Shown here: in pieces, positions 12,640 through 26,006 of the stretch | How positions within the stretch are numbered: the first letter of the stretch is position 1 | Layout of the letters: every line of letters starts with the position of its first letter | Assembly (NCBI GenBank): GCA_028534125.1 | Contig: CM052817.1 | Span: forward strand, 57,414,001-57,478,000 | DNA from: Lama glama | Taxonomy: Eukaryota | Direction: 5' to 3' | Length of the DNA stretch: 64,000 bases | The notes under the pieces: model-generated | What the model was told of the DNA's origin: nothing | The model's database searches: none | What the model saw: the letters and a program-made list of their open reading frames with translations, nothing else | Program-made: the position numbers and the translations under genes

Positions 12640-15479
12640 GTCAAAAGGAAGATGAAACTTAAGCCCTAGAGCTTTGAATAAAGGGTAGCGCATAGATAAT
12701 CGATTAGAGAAAGGAGGACCTCCCAAGTAGGCAAGTGCATCAGCATAAACAAAGGTTCTAGAAGTGGTAAAAAGCATGTAATGAGGAGTGAGCATGAATG
12801 TTAGGAGCAGAGAGTTTTAGTAGAAGTAAGAAAAAAAAAGGATTTGTAGGGTAAAAATGGAAGGGATAGTAGGGGAAATGAAGAAGCGATGTGAAGAAAA
12901 ATGTGTGGTTAAATGAGATATCAACAAAATTGGATAAAATTGGACTATTAGGGAAAATTTGACTTTTTGACCATTTCCCAGGTTCAATTGAGTGTACACA
13001 TTTAGCTCCAAAACATGACCTCTCCTAACATCTTCCATGCAGCTTTTCCAGATTAAAAAATTGGCTAATTAGGTAACCACTGATACCTTTATAAGCGCTA
13101 TTTTTTTTTCATTACTGGGAGAATGAAATTTGTTATGAGTCACATTGCATTTTTGTAGAGAGGTGCATTGGACTGACTTGTGAGGGATCAGAGCTCCAGA
13201 ACCAGGCAGTGGAACCTCAAAACGCCATGGATGTCAAAGATGCCAACTGACTGTGCTCTAGGACACACTCATGGTGGGTACACTCACTTCCAACCCAAAG
13301 AGGAAATTTGCAGACCTGCCCTGGTTTCTTCTGTAAAAATGGGTGAGTGGTTTGTCCAAAGTCTCTTTCTTGGCTATAAGCAGTGGACAAGGATCTAGAG
13401 CCAAGTGTTCTCTCCCCAAAAGTGCTTTGTTTTTTGTGCTTTTAATGGTAACATGGTGAGGACATCTCAGGTCACGTCTGGGGCATGTTTTGGGCTCTGT
13501 ATGAGACTAGGAAATTGTTCGCATATTTCTTTTACGTTATTCCCATGCTTTTTATAGGATAACAGATTTTAACTCTGTCTTCTCTGCTACAACTTTATGT
13601 AAAAATCAGCTGGAATGAATTGCTGCTCAAACTCAATTAATTCCATTTCAGGCTCTTTTCCTCATGACATTTGTGTATTTTGGGAGAATTGCCCTTTACC
13701 TCTTCAGAATCAAATTGAAATATTCCAAATTTAAATCATCCACAATTCTTTCTTTTTTTATATCTTTAATGATTTCTCAGAACATAGCTATTTCTAGGTT
13801 ATAAATGAATATTCCCAAAGTAATCTGTAGTCTGTAGGTCATTTGTCTAGAACTTAATTAGAAGTGGCTAAGGGGGGGAAATGTAGACTTTGGTGGGGAT
13901 TCTGTAGGACACTTTTGACTCCTTCTAGATACTCTGAAGGTGACACTGATTAATTAAACTGAGTTTTAGTTTTCTTCCAAACTTAGAACTTTTTTCTTCT
14001 TTGCAACAACTTCATTTAGGATCTAGCTATCTTTCATTTTACTTTTTCTTTCTTCTCCTTTTCCTCTACCTCCTCCCTCGCTTGCTTCTTTTTCTTCCTT
14101 TTTCCCTTCCAGGAATGATTAAAAAGAAGACACCATCTAAGTTTACCAGGCAAGAGTTACAAAAAATAAGGGAGCAAGAAAATGAACTTAGAGAGTTTAG
14201 AAAGATCAAATGAGATTGAATGAGAACTAGCCAAGTTGTGGAAGATAAGAAAGGTAAATGGAGTAACCTAGTTTGGGGATAATCATCTGAGACAGGAAGA
14301 TAAGGTGGGTTGGAGGTGGGGAAAGCCTTGGGGTAGACTCTCGTCACACCAGCCACCAGGCAGCACTGTGACAGCTTGGTTGCTGTCTCTTGTTGTCCTT
14401 GGTGGGCAGGGGAGGAGAAAGGCAGTGGGCAGTTACTCGTACAGGATGTCTGCTTAGACAGATGTTTGAGCAGCCTGAAGTCCTTACTGGAACAAAGGCA
14501 AGGATAAATAAATAAATGAACCTATCCTGATGTTTGTTCCTATACATTTAAATATTCTATGACTTGTTTTAAGTGGAATCCAAACACTGAGTATGATTTA
14601 GATGGCAGTGTTGTTACCCTTGGCTTGGCCTCGAGAACTGATTTTGAGCTTTGAGCCCGGAAATGAGCTCAGAAGAACTAAAAGTTCCTTTATCCTTAAA
14701 AACAGGAATAATTCTGGATCTGCTTTCATCCTCTTGGGAAAAAGGCAATATGGGAAAGAATTAGAAGTTATTTGGTAAAGAGTTATTTTGTCGAGTGCTC
14801 TCCTGAGGTAGAACAGAACCTTCAGGAATTGAACTGCATGCTAGACATGTAATTCCAGATGATGGTTGGAGGTGAAGTTGCTTGTCAATGGAATATGTGG
14901 GATGGTGGATCTTTAGAGTGGGGGAGGGGAGTACAGTGTTGTTGGAGCTGCCATCATATTAACCCCAAACATTTTCACCATCCCTTCACTTCCATGCAAG
15001 ATGTGTCCAGTTGGTATCTCTGTGGATCAAGGACATTTGAAATAGCCAAGGGTTTTCATAAATATTGTACTACAAACTGGCCCCTCCTCTGCCTCTCCAC
15101 CCCATCAACTCAACAGGAATCAGTGAGTAATACAGATGTTTGTGGTATGGAAATCTTGTAGAATTCTAGGCATAGCCTAGTAGCAGAATTGTCAAAAATC
15201 GTTTCTGTTCTCAGAATGGTCCGACTGTTGACTCAGTCCATTCCCCCAAAGTTTCGTATGTATTCTAAGAGTTAGGAGCAAGAAAGAAGAACCTGCAGCG
15301 TGATTTGTCTCGAACGCCCTGGTGATGGCTCTTATTCCAAGTATTCATGAGTGGGATCAGGTGTTTTTAAAGAATTTTTGCTCCTCCTGAAATAGTCTGC
15401 TTCTTGGACTAAGGGAGGGATTGGAGGGAGATGGATATACTGGGTCTGCCCTCCATTCAGTGCTTCAGTTTTGAAACAA

Positions 15480-15860
15480 TTCTAAATCATACCGTGGTTG
15501 TTGGTACAAGGACTTACACATAGACCAATAGAACAGAATAGAAAATCCAAAAATTGACTCACACGTATTCGGTCAGTGGATTTGCCACAAAGGCACCATT
15601 TTCAGTAGGAAAAGGACGGTCTTTTCAACAAATGGTGCCAAAGCAATTGGTTGTCCTTTGGAGAGGGGGCGATGAACTTTGACCTGTACTTCATAGCATA
15701 CACAGCAATTAATTCAAGATGGACTATACACCTAAACGTTAAAGGGGAAACCATAAAGCTTGTCGAAGAAAATAGGAGAGCTTTATGGCATTGGCAAGGC
15801 AAGAAAAATCTTAACAGGATACCAAAAGCACTAATCATAAAAGAAAAGTTACTAAGAACA
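15480..15860 (+). mobile_element. Old L1M ORF2 fragment
   Basis: gaccaatagaacagaatagaaaatcc, ggtcttttcaacaaatggtgc and aattaattcaagatggactatacacctaaacg are L1 ORF2 motifs. Confidence 0.75.
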
Positions 15861-17185
15861 TCTTAGTTTTAAAATTAGGCCATCGGAAGAATCCATAGCA
15901 CGTTTTCAAGATCTGTGACAGAAAATCGGGCTGGAGTTCCTCCGTGTGCCCCCTAGAGCCTGCCCCGGACACAGACGCCGCCTCTGCTTCCTGCTCTGCC
16001 TGTGGAGGGATGCCTGCGCGTTGAAATAAGTGGCTTAATGCAAGGCTGAGGCGTTCGGATCTCACAGCAGAAACGTCTCACATTCCTCCTGTGGTTTTGC
16101 CCTGTGAGAGGCAGCTTTGTTCCCGAGTCCCTCCAATCTCTGAACTCTGGTGTATTCTTCTCAGAACACTCCCTTGAGATCCCCTGAGGTTGGAGCTTCC
16201 CTGCCAAGTCCATGTGTGGGAAGGAGGACAGAGCCACGTGGGGCCCTCGGAGGTGAGCCAGATCCGGTCTGCAGTGGCCAAGCCTGCAAGGTCCCAGGGC
16301 CCTGGAGGAAGCCTGAGATGCGGTGAGGCCCAGCCCTGCCCTTTGCGGGGTCTCATGTCGGTGAGGACAGACTCGGAAGCATCGGAGACAGAGCCAGAGA
16401 CACACGTAAACACAGCCCCGCTGGGCTTACCACATCCATGTTTGCGACAGAAAAGCCAAGACCCCTGGCCAAGATAGACACTTCCTCTTTAGACCTAGGG
16501 GTTATAGGAAAGGAAGCACCAAATATATTTAGAGCTTTCAAAACTTTGTTTTGCACATTCTTACAAAGGGGAAAAGAAACTACCTCAAGGGATTTGTTAA
16601 AAAACTAGCTTCCAATACTTTAGATGAGTGGGAAAAATCTTACATGCTGTTGTCATTTCCTTTCTGTTTCAAGAAATTAATCGTGGACTGGAAATAGCCT
16701 GTTGCAAAAGGGGAGACTTCATGCCCTTTGATTTCTGATTATGCCAGAAAACTTTCCAGGCCCCGAGGGGAGGTTGTCCCTTTCCCAAGACTCTGGTGCA
16801 AGATGACCCAGTAGTTAGATATTTTATTCAGCTGGAAGACCCAAGGCAGTGGAAAGCTGAAAATCAGAGGGAATAATTAACTCATTCTTTGCAGAAATGG
16901 TGTGGAGCTTCGAGTAGGGGCCAGGTTTGGTTCTGGGAGCAGTGTTGTCACACCAGGATCCCAGGCTCCCAGCTCTACTTCCCTCTAGTGTGGACTCTCT
17001 GAAGGCCCCTGATGCGTGAAACCTGGCATTGTGAATTAGCAGAAGTGAAAGACTGATTACCACCCACTAAAAGTAGGTGTACCTGACTCTGCTCCTGCCG
17101 ATGTTGGGGAGCTGGCCCCTCAGCAGAAAGCAGTGAGCAAGCACAGCTCTTTCCACACCTGTAGACTTCAGTAGTGTTGCATTTC

Positions 17186-18185
17186 AACAGCTCCTGCAAC
17201 TCAATAACAAACAAAAACAGCCCAATCCAAAAATGTCAGAAGACCTGAACAAGCATTTCTCCATTGAAGATGAACAAATGGCCAATAGGCACATGAAAAG
17301 ATGCTCAGTATTGCTAATTATCAGAGAAGTGCAAATCAAAACTACAATGAGGTATCACCTCACACCAGTCAGAATGGCAATCATTCAAAAGTCCATGAAC
17401 AGTAAATGCTGGAGAGGGTGTGGAAAAAAGGGAACCCTCCTACACTGCTGGTGGGAATGTAGTTTGGTGCAGCCATTATGGAAAATAGCATGGAGATTCC
17501 TTAAAAAACTAAAAATACACTTACCATATGACCCAGCAATCCCACTTTTGGGCATAGATCCAGAGAAAACTCCAATTTGAAAAGATACGTGCACCCCAAT
17601 GTTCATAACAGCACTATATAGACACGGAAGCAACCTAAATGTCCATCAACAGATGACTGGATAAAGAAGATGTGGTATATTTATATAATAGAATACCACT
17701 CAGACATGAAAAAGAATAAAATAATGCCATTTGCAGCAACATGAATGGACCTAGAGATTATCAGACTAGGTAAACTAAGTCAGACAGAGAAAGACAAATA
17801 GCACATGATATCACTTATATGTGGAATCTAAAAAAATGAGACAAATGAACTTTTTTACAAAACAGAAACAGACTCACAGACAGAAAACAAACTTATGGTT
17901 ACCAAAGGGAGAAGAGGTGGGGGCAGGATAAATTTAGAGTTTGGGACTAGACGATACAAACTCCTATATAAAAAATAGATAAACAATAAGATCCTATGGT
18001 ATAGCACAGGGACTATATTCAGTATCTTGCAATAACTTATAATGAAAAAGAATATAAAAAAGAATATGTGTGTGTATATATATATACATACATATACACA
18101 CACATATGACTAAATCACTATGCTGTACACCAAAAACTAACACAACATTGTAAATCAACTATACTCAATACATTAAAAAAAAAAA
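17186..18185 (+). mobile_element. 5'-truncated L1 (ORF2 C-terminus + 3' UTR + polyA)
   Basis: ORF 17233-17580 ([15 protein letters not shown]...[18 protein letters not shown]...[11 protein letters not shown]) is the L1 ORF2 cysteine-rich tail; 3' UTR ends tgtaaatcaactatact...A11. Confidence 0.95.
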
Positions 18186-18339
18186 GTAATGTTAACATTC
18201 TAGAGCTGGATCAGAAATTATCCAGTGGGTTTATTTGCATCTGTCTGGGGTAATGCATAAAGGATTGAAGTCCTGAAACGTTCCTGTAATGTCTTATTTA
18301 GGCATTGGTCACCCCTCAACTGATAAGAGCAGGGACCAG

Positions 18340-18575
18340 CACTTATACGTAGGGTCAAATAGTAATTATCTTAGACCGTACAGTCTTAGCTGCAACTGCC
18401 TCCTCTGGGCATGGCTGTGTTCCAGTAAAACTTCATTTTATGGGCACTGAAATGTGAACCTCTGATAATTTTCACATCTTGAAATATCCTTCTTTTAAAA
18501 ACTTCTAGCCATTTTAAAACATAAATACCACTTACAAGCCATGCAACAAGTGACGGGCCAGATTTAACCCCAGGA
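18340..18575. mobile_element. MER58-like hAT DNA transposon relic
   Basis: ggcatggctgtgttccagtaaaacttcattttatgggcactgaaatgtgaa...ggccagattt. Confidence 0.6.
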
Positions 18576-19549
18576 CCTCTTCAGTAACAAAAAGGATACA
18601 TATCATTGATGTTGGTTCTGCATAAGGGCCTTCTTACTGGAGGGGGCATGAGAGCGAAGGCCTAGGGATGTGTTCCCAGAACTGGGGCAGGTGGGGAGGT
18701 ACTGATAGCTCTGGGCTCTCCCTGGGTGGTCTCATACTGGTCACTCTGTTCAGGCACTGCCTTGACAGGTGCCTCTAGTAGCCAGTGCTCCCTGCCAGGC
18801 ACATGGACACTGAGAACCTTGGGAAAGAGCCCTCTTCTTGGGGCCCTGGTCAAACACAGTAAACCTGTCACTGCTTCTCCCTGTCTGAGCTGGGAAGGAC
18901 ACTCCCACCTTCTTCCGTGACTCCCAGGTTCAGAGGTGCCTCCTTCCAGCCTCCCGGCACACACAGCACACCATGCCTTTCTCTTCAGTGAAAGTTGGCA
19001 TCCCTGCTGTTACCACCATTGACTTGTCAATTTTAGATCCAAACTGCTGGAGGCAGGGACTGCCGTCTTTTTTGGGTATTCAGCACATTTGCAGAAATCT
19101 TCTGAGATATTTCTTTTCCTTCATCACCCAAGGAGTGGTTGCTTGTTGCCCCATCCCATCCCGAAAGAAATGGTGGTAAACAAAAAAGAAAAACATTTAA
19201 TATTTTGGAAGTAAAATTCCACTCTGTTATTTGGAAAGTCCCAGATAACCAAAACAGCTGGTAAATTAAAACTCATTTAAGCATGATTTGGGGGAAAAGA
19301 AAAATCTGTAAGCAATACATTTTCCTTCCTAACTTTTTCTGACTCTTTCAAGATGTATGCTATGTATTACCAAAGTGTAGCCACAAATCCTGTTGGTGGC
19401 TGGGGGAAGCCAGTCTGGTCTTTGAGATTAGCTTCAGAGAATCAGCAGAGGGACAGCCTCCTAAATATAATCCAGTATTTACTTCCTAGCTCGCTGACTG
19501 ATGTTAACGACTGTTTAAAAAGATGATTTGGCTTTGTGCCGTCTTCTAG

Positions 19550-19659
19550 GTCCTTCCATTGTGACGCCCCCCAAGGACATCTGGAACGTCAGTGGCGCAC
19601 AAGTGTACCTGAGCTGTGAGGTCATCGGCATCCCAACTCCCGTCCTCGTCTGGAACAAG
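19550..19659 (+). CDS. IGFBP7: IGFBP7 exon 2 (110 bp), start of Ig-like domain: (G)PSIVTPPKDIWNVSGAQVYLSCEVIGIPTPVLVWNK
   Basis: ttctag acceptor, gtcagt donor; translation matches IGFBP7. Confidence 0.97.
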
Positions 19660-20039
19660 GTCAGTGCCGCAGATTTCAGGAAGACATCCTAGACTGGTGA
19701 GCTCCTCTTACACCGTGCAAAGCCTAAAATCCTCAGCCTGTTCCATTGCCTTCTGCTCCTCAAGGTCAAGGCCTCCTGACAGTCTTCCAGACACCTGTCC
19801 TGGGTCTATCACACACGATTTTACTGACCTCCAGAATAGTCGCTGCTCTGCTTTTGTTAGCAGTCCGGAGCAGGGAGTCTTGAGAACTTGAAGAACTATG
19901 ATGCTGAACACCCATCCCCTCCTGACTGTGTGTGCGTGCTTGTATGAGATCGTGTGTGTGCCTGCAGGCATAGGTCTCAGTATAACATAGTGGTTAAGAA
20001 TGTGAGTTCCTTAGTCAGGTCAGCTGAGTTCTCTCATAG

Positions 20040-20141
20040 CCAGGATTTCTCGGCATCAGCACTATTAACATTTTGAGCCAGACGGTTCTTTGTTGTAGAG
20101 GCTGCCCTGTGCATTGTAAGTTGTTTTGCAGCATCCTTGGC

Positions 20142-20177
<36 letters not shown>

Positions 20178-20255
20178 ACATGCGCGCACACACACACACC
20201 GTGACAGTTAAAAATGTCTCCAGACATTATCAAGTGTCCCCTGAGGGAAAATGCC
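20040..20255. mobile_element. MER20 hAT element nested in a MIR
   Basis: caggatttctcggcatcagcactattaacattttgagccaga...aaaaatgtctccagacatt...tgtcccctgaggg; MIR-like flanks at about 19980 and 20270-20390. Confidence 0.75.
20144..20199 (+). repeat. Interrupted (CA)n microsatellite
   Basis: (AC)14-15, short interruption, then about (CA)6. Confidence 0.95.
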
Positions 20256-22146
20256 AGTGCTCTAAGCCTTGGCTTCTCCTCCATATGATCAAAATAGCAT
20301 AGAATTCTTGTAAAGATTACACAGAGTAATGCAGCTTAATCACTTGGCTCATTGTCAGATACATAATTAACACTCAAGAGATGCTAGTAGCTACTGCTCC
20401 CAAAAATGTTTTCCTTCAAGGGGCATTATCTTGTATAACTGTCTCCATATGTGAAGGACAGCACATTCTCAGACTGTCTGTAGGAGGGAACAGAAAACAT
20501 TTGCCAGACCTAGTAATACTTCACAGCCATACTGTACATTATGTTACACTATTGCCCTGATACATTTTGCCTTGTTTAAGCCTCACAGCAATCTATGGAG
20601 TAAATATCATCCAACTCATGCTAGTAAGAGGAAATCTAGTTTAAGTAAAAAAGGCATAACCAGACACCCCTTTTCAGCTGGTTTGCTTCTCCAGCAAGCT
20701 TGAAGATGGGTGATGGTCTCTCCTGATTATTTTGTTTGCTTGGTATCTGACCAGAGGAGCAACTTCTGGAACTCCAGGAGGGATTTTGGCTCCCACAGTC
20801 AGAGCTATTTCTATTGCAAGTTGGAGAAACTCACTTCACACTAGCTTAGGGAAAAAAAAAAAAAGTGGTGGGGGGATGATTCCAGCCTCAAGGGCAGCTA
20901 GATCCAGGTACACAGTGGGGTCAGAACTCTTTTAACTCTTGACTCTTTGCTGTCAATGTAGGGGTCTCATTTTTTCCTTCTACTTCAGAAAGATTCCTCC
21001 TGTGCTATAGGTAATATTGTCACTGGCAGCTCCAATATCACATATTATGTTTGAAGACACAGAGGAAAAAGGGCGCCCCACTGTGCTGCACTGTAAAATT
21101 CCCACCGAAGGACTCTGACCCGGGTTGGGTCACCTGCCAAACTCTGGCTCCTCCATGTGGCCAGAGAGATGTGGTGCTCCCTTGGAGCCATCTGGTGGGA
21201 GTGAAGTCAGAGTGACCCAGACTGGGGTGGGGAGGGTGTGTGTGCAGATGGTACTAGCTGTACTACAGCCTTCCTAAAGGGAGATATGAAATTTTACCTC
21301 AGTAAACTATTTTTTTAAGGGAAGGCAGGAGCAGTTGAAGAGCAAAGATGCACTGTGTTCCTCCCGGCCTTCAGCGAAAGCTGCTGATACTCATTACTTA
21401 TGTGGAGGCTGCTTGTTTGTTCCAGGGGGTGGAGAGGAGAACTACTTCTCCAAAGAGGATCCATAAAAAGTGCTGTTGCAGTTCTCCAGGGATTACACAA
21501 TGAGAAGCCAGGGTGACCCAAGTGTCCCAGGGCGTGTGACCTTAATGGCATATCTTGCCTTGAATAATTTCTTTAGTCCTTGCTCTGCCCATCCCTCCAG
21601 CTAATGCATGCACAAACCAGGGAATAAATCTGCCTCAGGAATCTTTTCCTTTAAACTTTGGGATCCTGTGAGGCTTCCCTGAGGGCTTGTCAACTGGGGG
21701 GTCAGGAGGGTGGGAAGAGAAGGAGTGAGGAAAATGGGGGAAAAAAATTCTACAAACTCGCCAGAAACAAGCAAAAACCCAACTGTCAAGCACCTTCTAC
21801 CTTCATAATGTAATTTGCCACATGCATGACCTAAAGCAGTGCTTTTCAGACTGCAGACCATGACCCTTCAGTGAATCTTGCAGTTAATGTAGGGATCACA
21901 ACCAACATTTTCTTAAAAAATAAAAAGTAGAACAGAAAATATCTTAAGTAAAGGTACATTTAGTAAAGGTATTTCATAAGACTTTTCTTTTTTTGTATAT
22001 TCCAGATTGCAGTGCAAAATGTATTTCTTACTACTTGGGCCGTCTCAAAGCACTTTGAAAGTCACTGACCCAGAGAATTAAAGAGGCCATTTGTTTTCTC
22101 CCCACTCTCCTTATAACCTTATAACTATTAAGAATACAGATATATT

Positions 22147-22240
22147 GGTCCCTCTCTCTGATATTCTGAGATGACTTGCACTCAGTCCATGGAGTGTGCA
22201 TCTCTCTGAATAAATCTACTTTTACTCAAAAAAAAAAAAA
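22147..22240 (+). mobile_element. Short polyadenylated retrocopy of an ERV-LTR-like 3' end
   Basis: ggagtgtgcatctctctgAATAAAtctacttttactc-A13 with candidate TSD agatatatt / agacatatt. Confidence 0.5.
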
Positions 22241-22407
22241 GACATATTTAAGATCACCAGTCAAATCCAGTTTAAGCATAGAAATGCTTTCTAGGTATGA
22301 ATGAATCTTAGAATTCTCACTTGTTAAACTGAGATTCAAAGAAGGTAGCACATCTTTCTTGCTCAAGGATTCCCTTACTCATGCTCAAATGTATACACAC
22401 ACATTCT

Positions 22408-23710
22408 TTTTTATACATATGTATACATATATTCACTTTCATATTCTTTTTCATTAAAGGTTATTACAAGGTATTGAATATTGTTCCCAGTGCTATACAG
22501 AGAAAAATTTTTTTTAATCTATTTTTATATGTAGTGGTTAACCTTTGCAAATCTCAAAACTCCCAAATTTATCCCTTCCACCCTCTTTCCTCCGGTAACC
22601 GTAAGATTGTTTACTATGTCTGCAAGTCTGTTTCTGTTTTGTAGATGACTTCATTAGTGTCCTCTTTTTTTAAGATTCCATGTGAGTGATATATGGTATT
22701 TTTCTTTCTTTCTGGCTTACTTCACTTAGAATGACAATCTCCAGGTCCATCCATGTTGCTGCAAATGGCATATTATTTTTTATGGCTGAGTAGTATTCCA
22801 TTGTATAAATATACCACAGCTTCTTTATCCAGTCATCTGTCAGTGGACATTTAGGTTGCTTCCATGTCTTAGCTATTGTAAATAGTGCTGCTATCAACAT
22901 TGGGGTGCATGTATCTTTTTGAATGAAGGTTCCCTCTGGATATATGCCCAGGAGTGGGATTGTTGGATCATATGGTAAGTATATTTTTAGTTTTTTAAGG
23001 AATCTCCATACTATTTTCCATAATGGTTGCACCAAACTACATTCCTGCCAGCAGTTTAAGAGAGTTCCCATTTCTCCACACCCTCTCCAGCATTTATTGT
23101 TTGTGAACTTTTGAATGATGGCCATTCTGACTGAGGTGAGGTGATAACCTCTTTGAGGTTTTGATTTGCATTTCTCTAATAATTAGTGATACTGAACATT
23201 TTTTCATGTGCCTTTTAGCCATTTGTATGTCTTCAAATTGGAGAATTGCTTGTTTAGGTCTTCTGTTCGTTTTTGGATTGGGTTGTTTGTTTTTCTGTTA
23301 TTAAGTTGTATGAGCTGTTTATATATTCTGGAAATTAAACCTTTGTCAGTTGCACCATTTGCAAATACCTTCTCCCAGTCTGTAGGTTGTTGTTTTGTTT
23401 TACTTATGGTTTCTTTTGCTGTGCAAAAGCTTGTAAGTTTAATTAGGTCCCATTTGTTTATTTTTGCTTTTATTTCTATTGCCTGGTTAGACTTTCCTAA
23501 GAGAACATTGCTAAGATTTATGTCAGAGAATGTTTTGCTTATGTTTTCTTCTAGGAGGTTTATTGTGTCTTATCTTATATTGAAGTCTTTAAGCCATTTA
23601 GAGTTTATTTTTGTGTATAGTGTGAGGGCATGCTCTAATAACTTCATTGATTTACATTGCTGCTGACCAGTTTTCTCGACATCACTTGCTAAAGAGACTG
23701 TCTTCTCCAC
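22408..23710 (-). mobile_element. 5'-truncated L1 (ORF2 C-terminus + 3' UTR)
   Basis: ORF 22670-23125 ([18 protein letters not shown]...KDTCTPMLIAALFTIAKTWKQPKCP); candidate TSD acacattct at about 22399 and 23713. Confidence 0.95.
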
Positions 23711-23721
23711 AAACACATTCT

Positions 23722-24365
23722 CAGTGTGTGGGGTGAGGTGGGAATATGGTGTATTACTCTGAAACTTGCCTTTTTAAGAAATACTTCATGCGGATCCCCT
23801 CCAGGTCTGCTTCTCAAGAACTATGTAATATTCCAAGTGTGGATGTACCATAATTATTAAACCACTCCTGGATTCTGTTGTTTCCAATTTTTCATCACCT
23901 TAAATAATGCTGCCTTGAACATCTGAGTACACATATCCTACATGCGTTATTTTTCCCCTATAGGATAGATTCCCCCAAGGTACATGACTAGACTTGTCAA
24001 AAGATTTTAGTCTTTTGATAGATAATTTTCTAAGATGGATTGTAGCAGTTCACACTTTCTCCAGTGATATATGGGTGTCATTTCCCTGCATCCTCCCCAG
24101 CCTTTAACATTACCCCTCTTTTTGTAGTTTTTGTTAATGATGGGTAGAAGTATCATCTCATTATTGCTTTAATTTCCTTGACATTGAGAATATTGTCACA
24201 TTTGGATTTTTCCTTCTATGAATTACCTGTTCACAGCCTTTACTCAATTTTCTATTGAGTTGATTCTTATTATCAGTTTGTGGCTTTTTGTACATTAGAG
24301 ATATTGACCCTTTATCATGTATTACAAATATTTTTTCCTGCACAATCATTTTGATTTTTATTTGT
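23722..24365 (-). mobile_element. Old L1ME-type fragment
   Basis: Degenerate L1 motifs (tgtttccaattttt...aataatgctgccttgaacatc; tatcatctcattattgctttaattt). Confidence 0.55.
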
Positions 24366-26006
24366 TCAGTGTCTGAGGAGCTGAAACTTTTAACAGACAT
24401 ATATTCTGTTTCATCATAAAATTCTTCTGAAACTTCACCAAAAGACACAGCAAATAGTCTGATCTGCATAAATATCCTTTGAAGGATTTCCTGCAATTCT
24501 GTGAATGCTTGAGATTTCTTAACCTGTGGGAATCAGACTGATCCATCCTGCTTCTGTAATTACTGGCACCTTTTTCTTAGTTACTGCTTATTTGCAATAG
24601 CAGGATTCAGGAAAATCTTTTTGCAGCTAAAACACAACCAGAGGGCTGAGATGACTTCTGGGCCTCCCTCTGAGTCTTACTCTAGTTGAAATTGTGGTGA
24701 GCAGTGACTTCCAGGCAGCTTTTTCTGCCTTACAGACTTCTAAGGGTCAAACTTTGAGGCACTTCCAGCCCATTGCGCATCTGTAGAATTGTCTTAGAAA
24801 CCACTTTCTCAGCCCACCCTGCATCTTTTTTCCCTCAAACTGAAAACATCAAATTCCCCTTATATAAGTAAAAGAGTAAAGGAGTTTGCCATATAAAAAT
24901 TGGCCATGTAAAAATTCTTTGCACTTCTGTGTGTTTTCTACATGGTATGAAACTTTTTACAATACGTTACTAACATTTAACAGAACTCACTTTAATTATC
25001 TTGCAATCAAATACTTGGCAAGAACGGTTTCTTGGTACACAGTGTGTCAGGTTAACTGGGAGAGTGCTGAGGAGCAACAGCTCAGTTGCTAAGATTCACT
25101 ATTTCGAAGCTGTAGTGTTTTTCTGCTTTGGTCAAAACCCTTAAAGAATTCTGAAATTCAGTAAATGAAGAGTAGAGATGTATTAGTTTAGCCACTGAAT
25201 CAAAATAATACTTAAAAACCATTATTTAAAACCATTTTTAAATAAGTGTTTCAAAATCTGCACTAGCATGAACCTTTTCTGCCAGCTACTTGGGAAACTG
25301 AAAGAAAAAGATGCCTATTGAGTTCATCTGTTTTGTCTTTATAACACTCATACGAGAAGAACACTGAGACACCTGGTTTTCTCTAACAGTGACAATACGG
25401 GGAAATCCCAGGAGAGAGAAAAGCAAGCAGGCAAGAACCAGGCACTCTGAATCAGTAATGCTACATTTTTTTTTTTTTATGGAGTAGGAGCAGGCCTAGA
25501 TCCCACTTGGTTTGCAGAGTCCCAGCCCTGGTGTCAAGAAGCAGAGAAAATAAAGGGTGGATTTGATGCTGAGACAATAGCTTAGTAACAGCATGTGGTG
25601 GCAGTGGGACCACATGGAGGAGAAGCAACACTGGTGTAAAGTATCCAAAAAAATTATGTATGATGATCTGATTGAACTCAAGATTTGCTTAATTATAAAA
25701 GAAAATGAAAAGGAAACTCCATATTTGAGACTGTAAATTCTTTTTTCTAATTACAAAGGTAGTATCAATAAACACCAACCTTACTCTAAAAGGCAGCCTG
25801 GTATGGAATAAACAAAATTGCTTTGTTTATCCTTTTTCAGACCTATCATCACAAGCCTTAAAATACTTATACTCTATGACTCAGCAATTCCACTTCTAGA
25901 AATTTATGTTAAATGTTTATGTATGGAGGGGTTACAGGCAAATTTATTCTTCTAGGAATTTTTATGTATTTTCCAGTTTACATAATGAACATCGTTTGCC
26001 TTTTTA

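Noticed and set aside
15930..16430. CpG-enriched pocket (also about 7380-7600 and 8230-8500) as possible CpG island or internal promoter
   Set aside because: Short and only mildly CpG-rich by eye; no core promoter or exon evidence
319..16556. Numerous 60-150 aa ORFs in IGFBP7 intron 1
   Set aside because: No recognisable domains; often non-ATG starts; overlapping on both strands as expected by chance in moderately GC-rich intron
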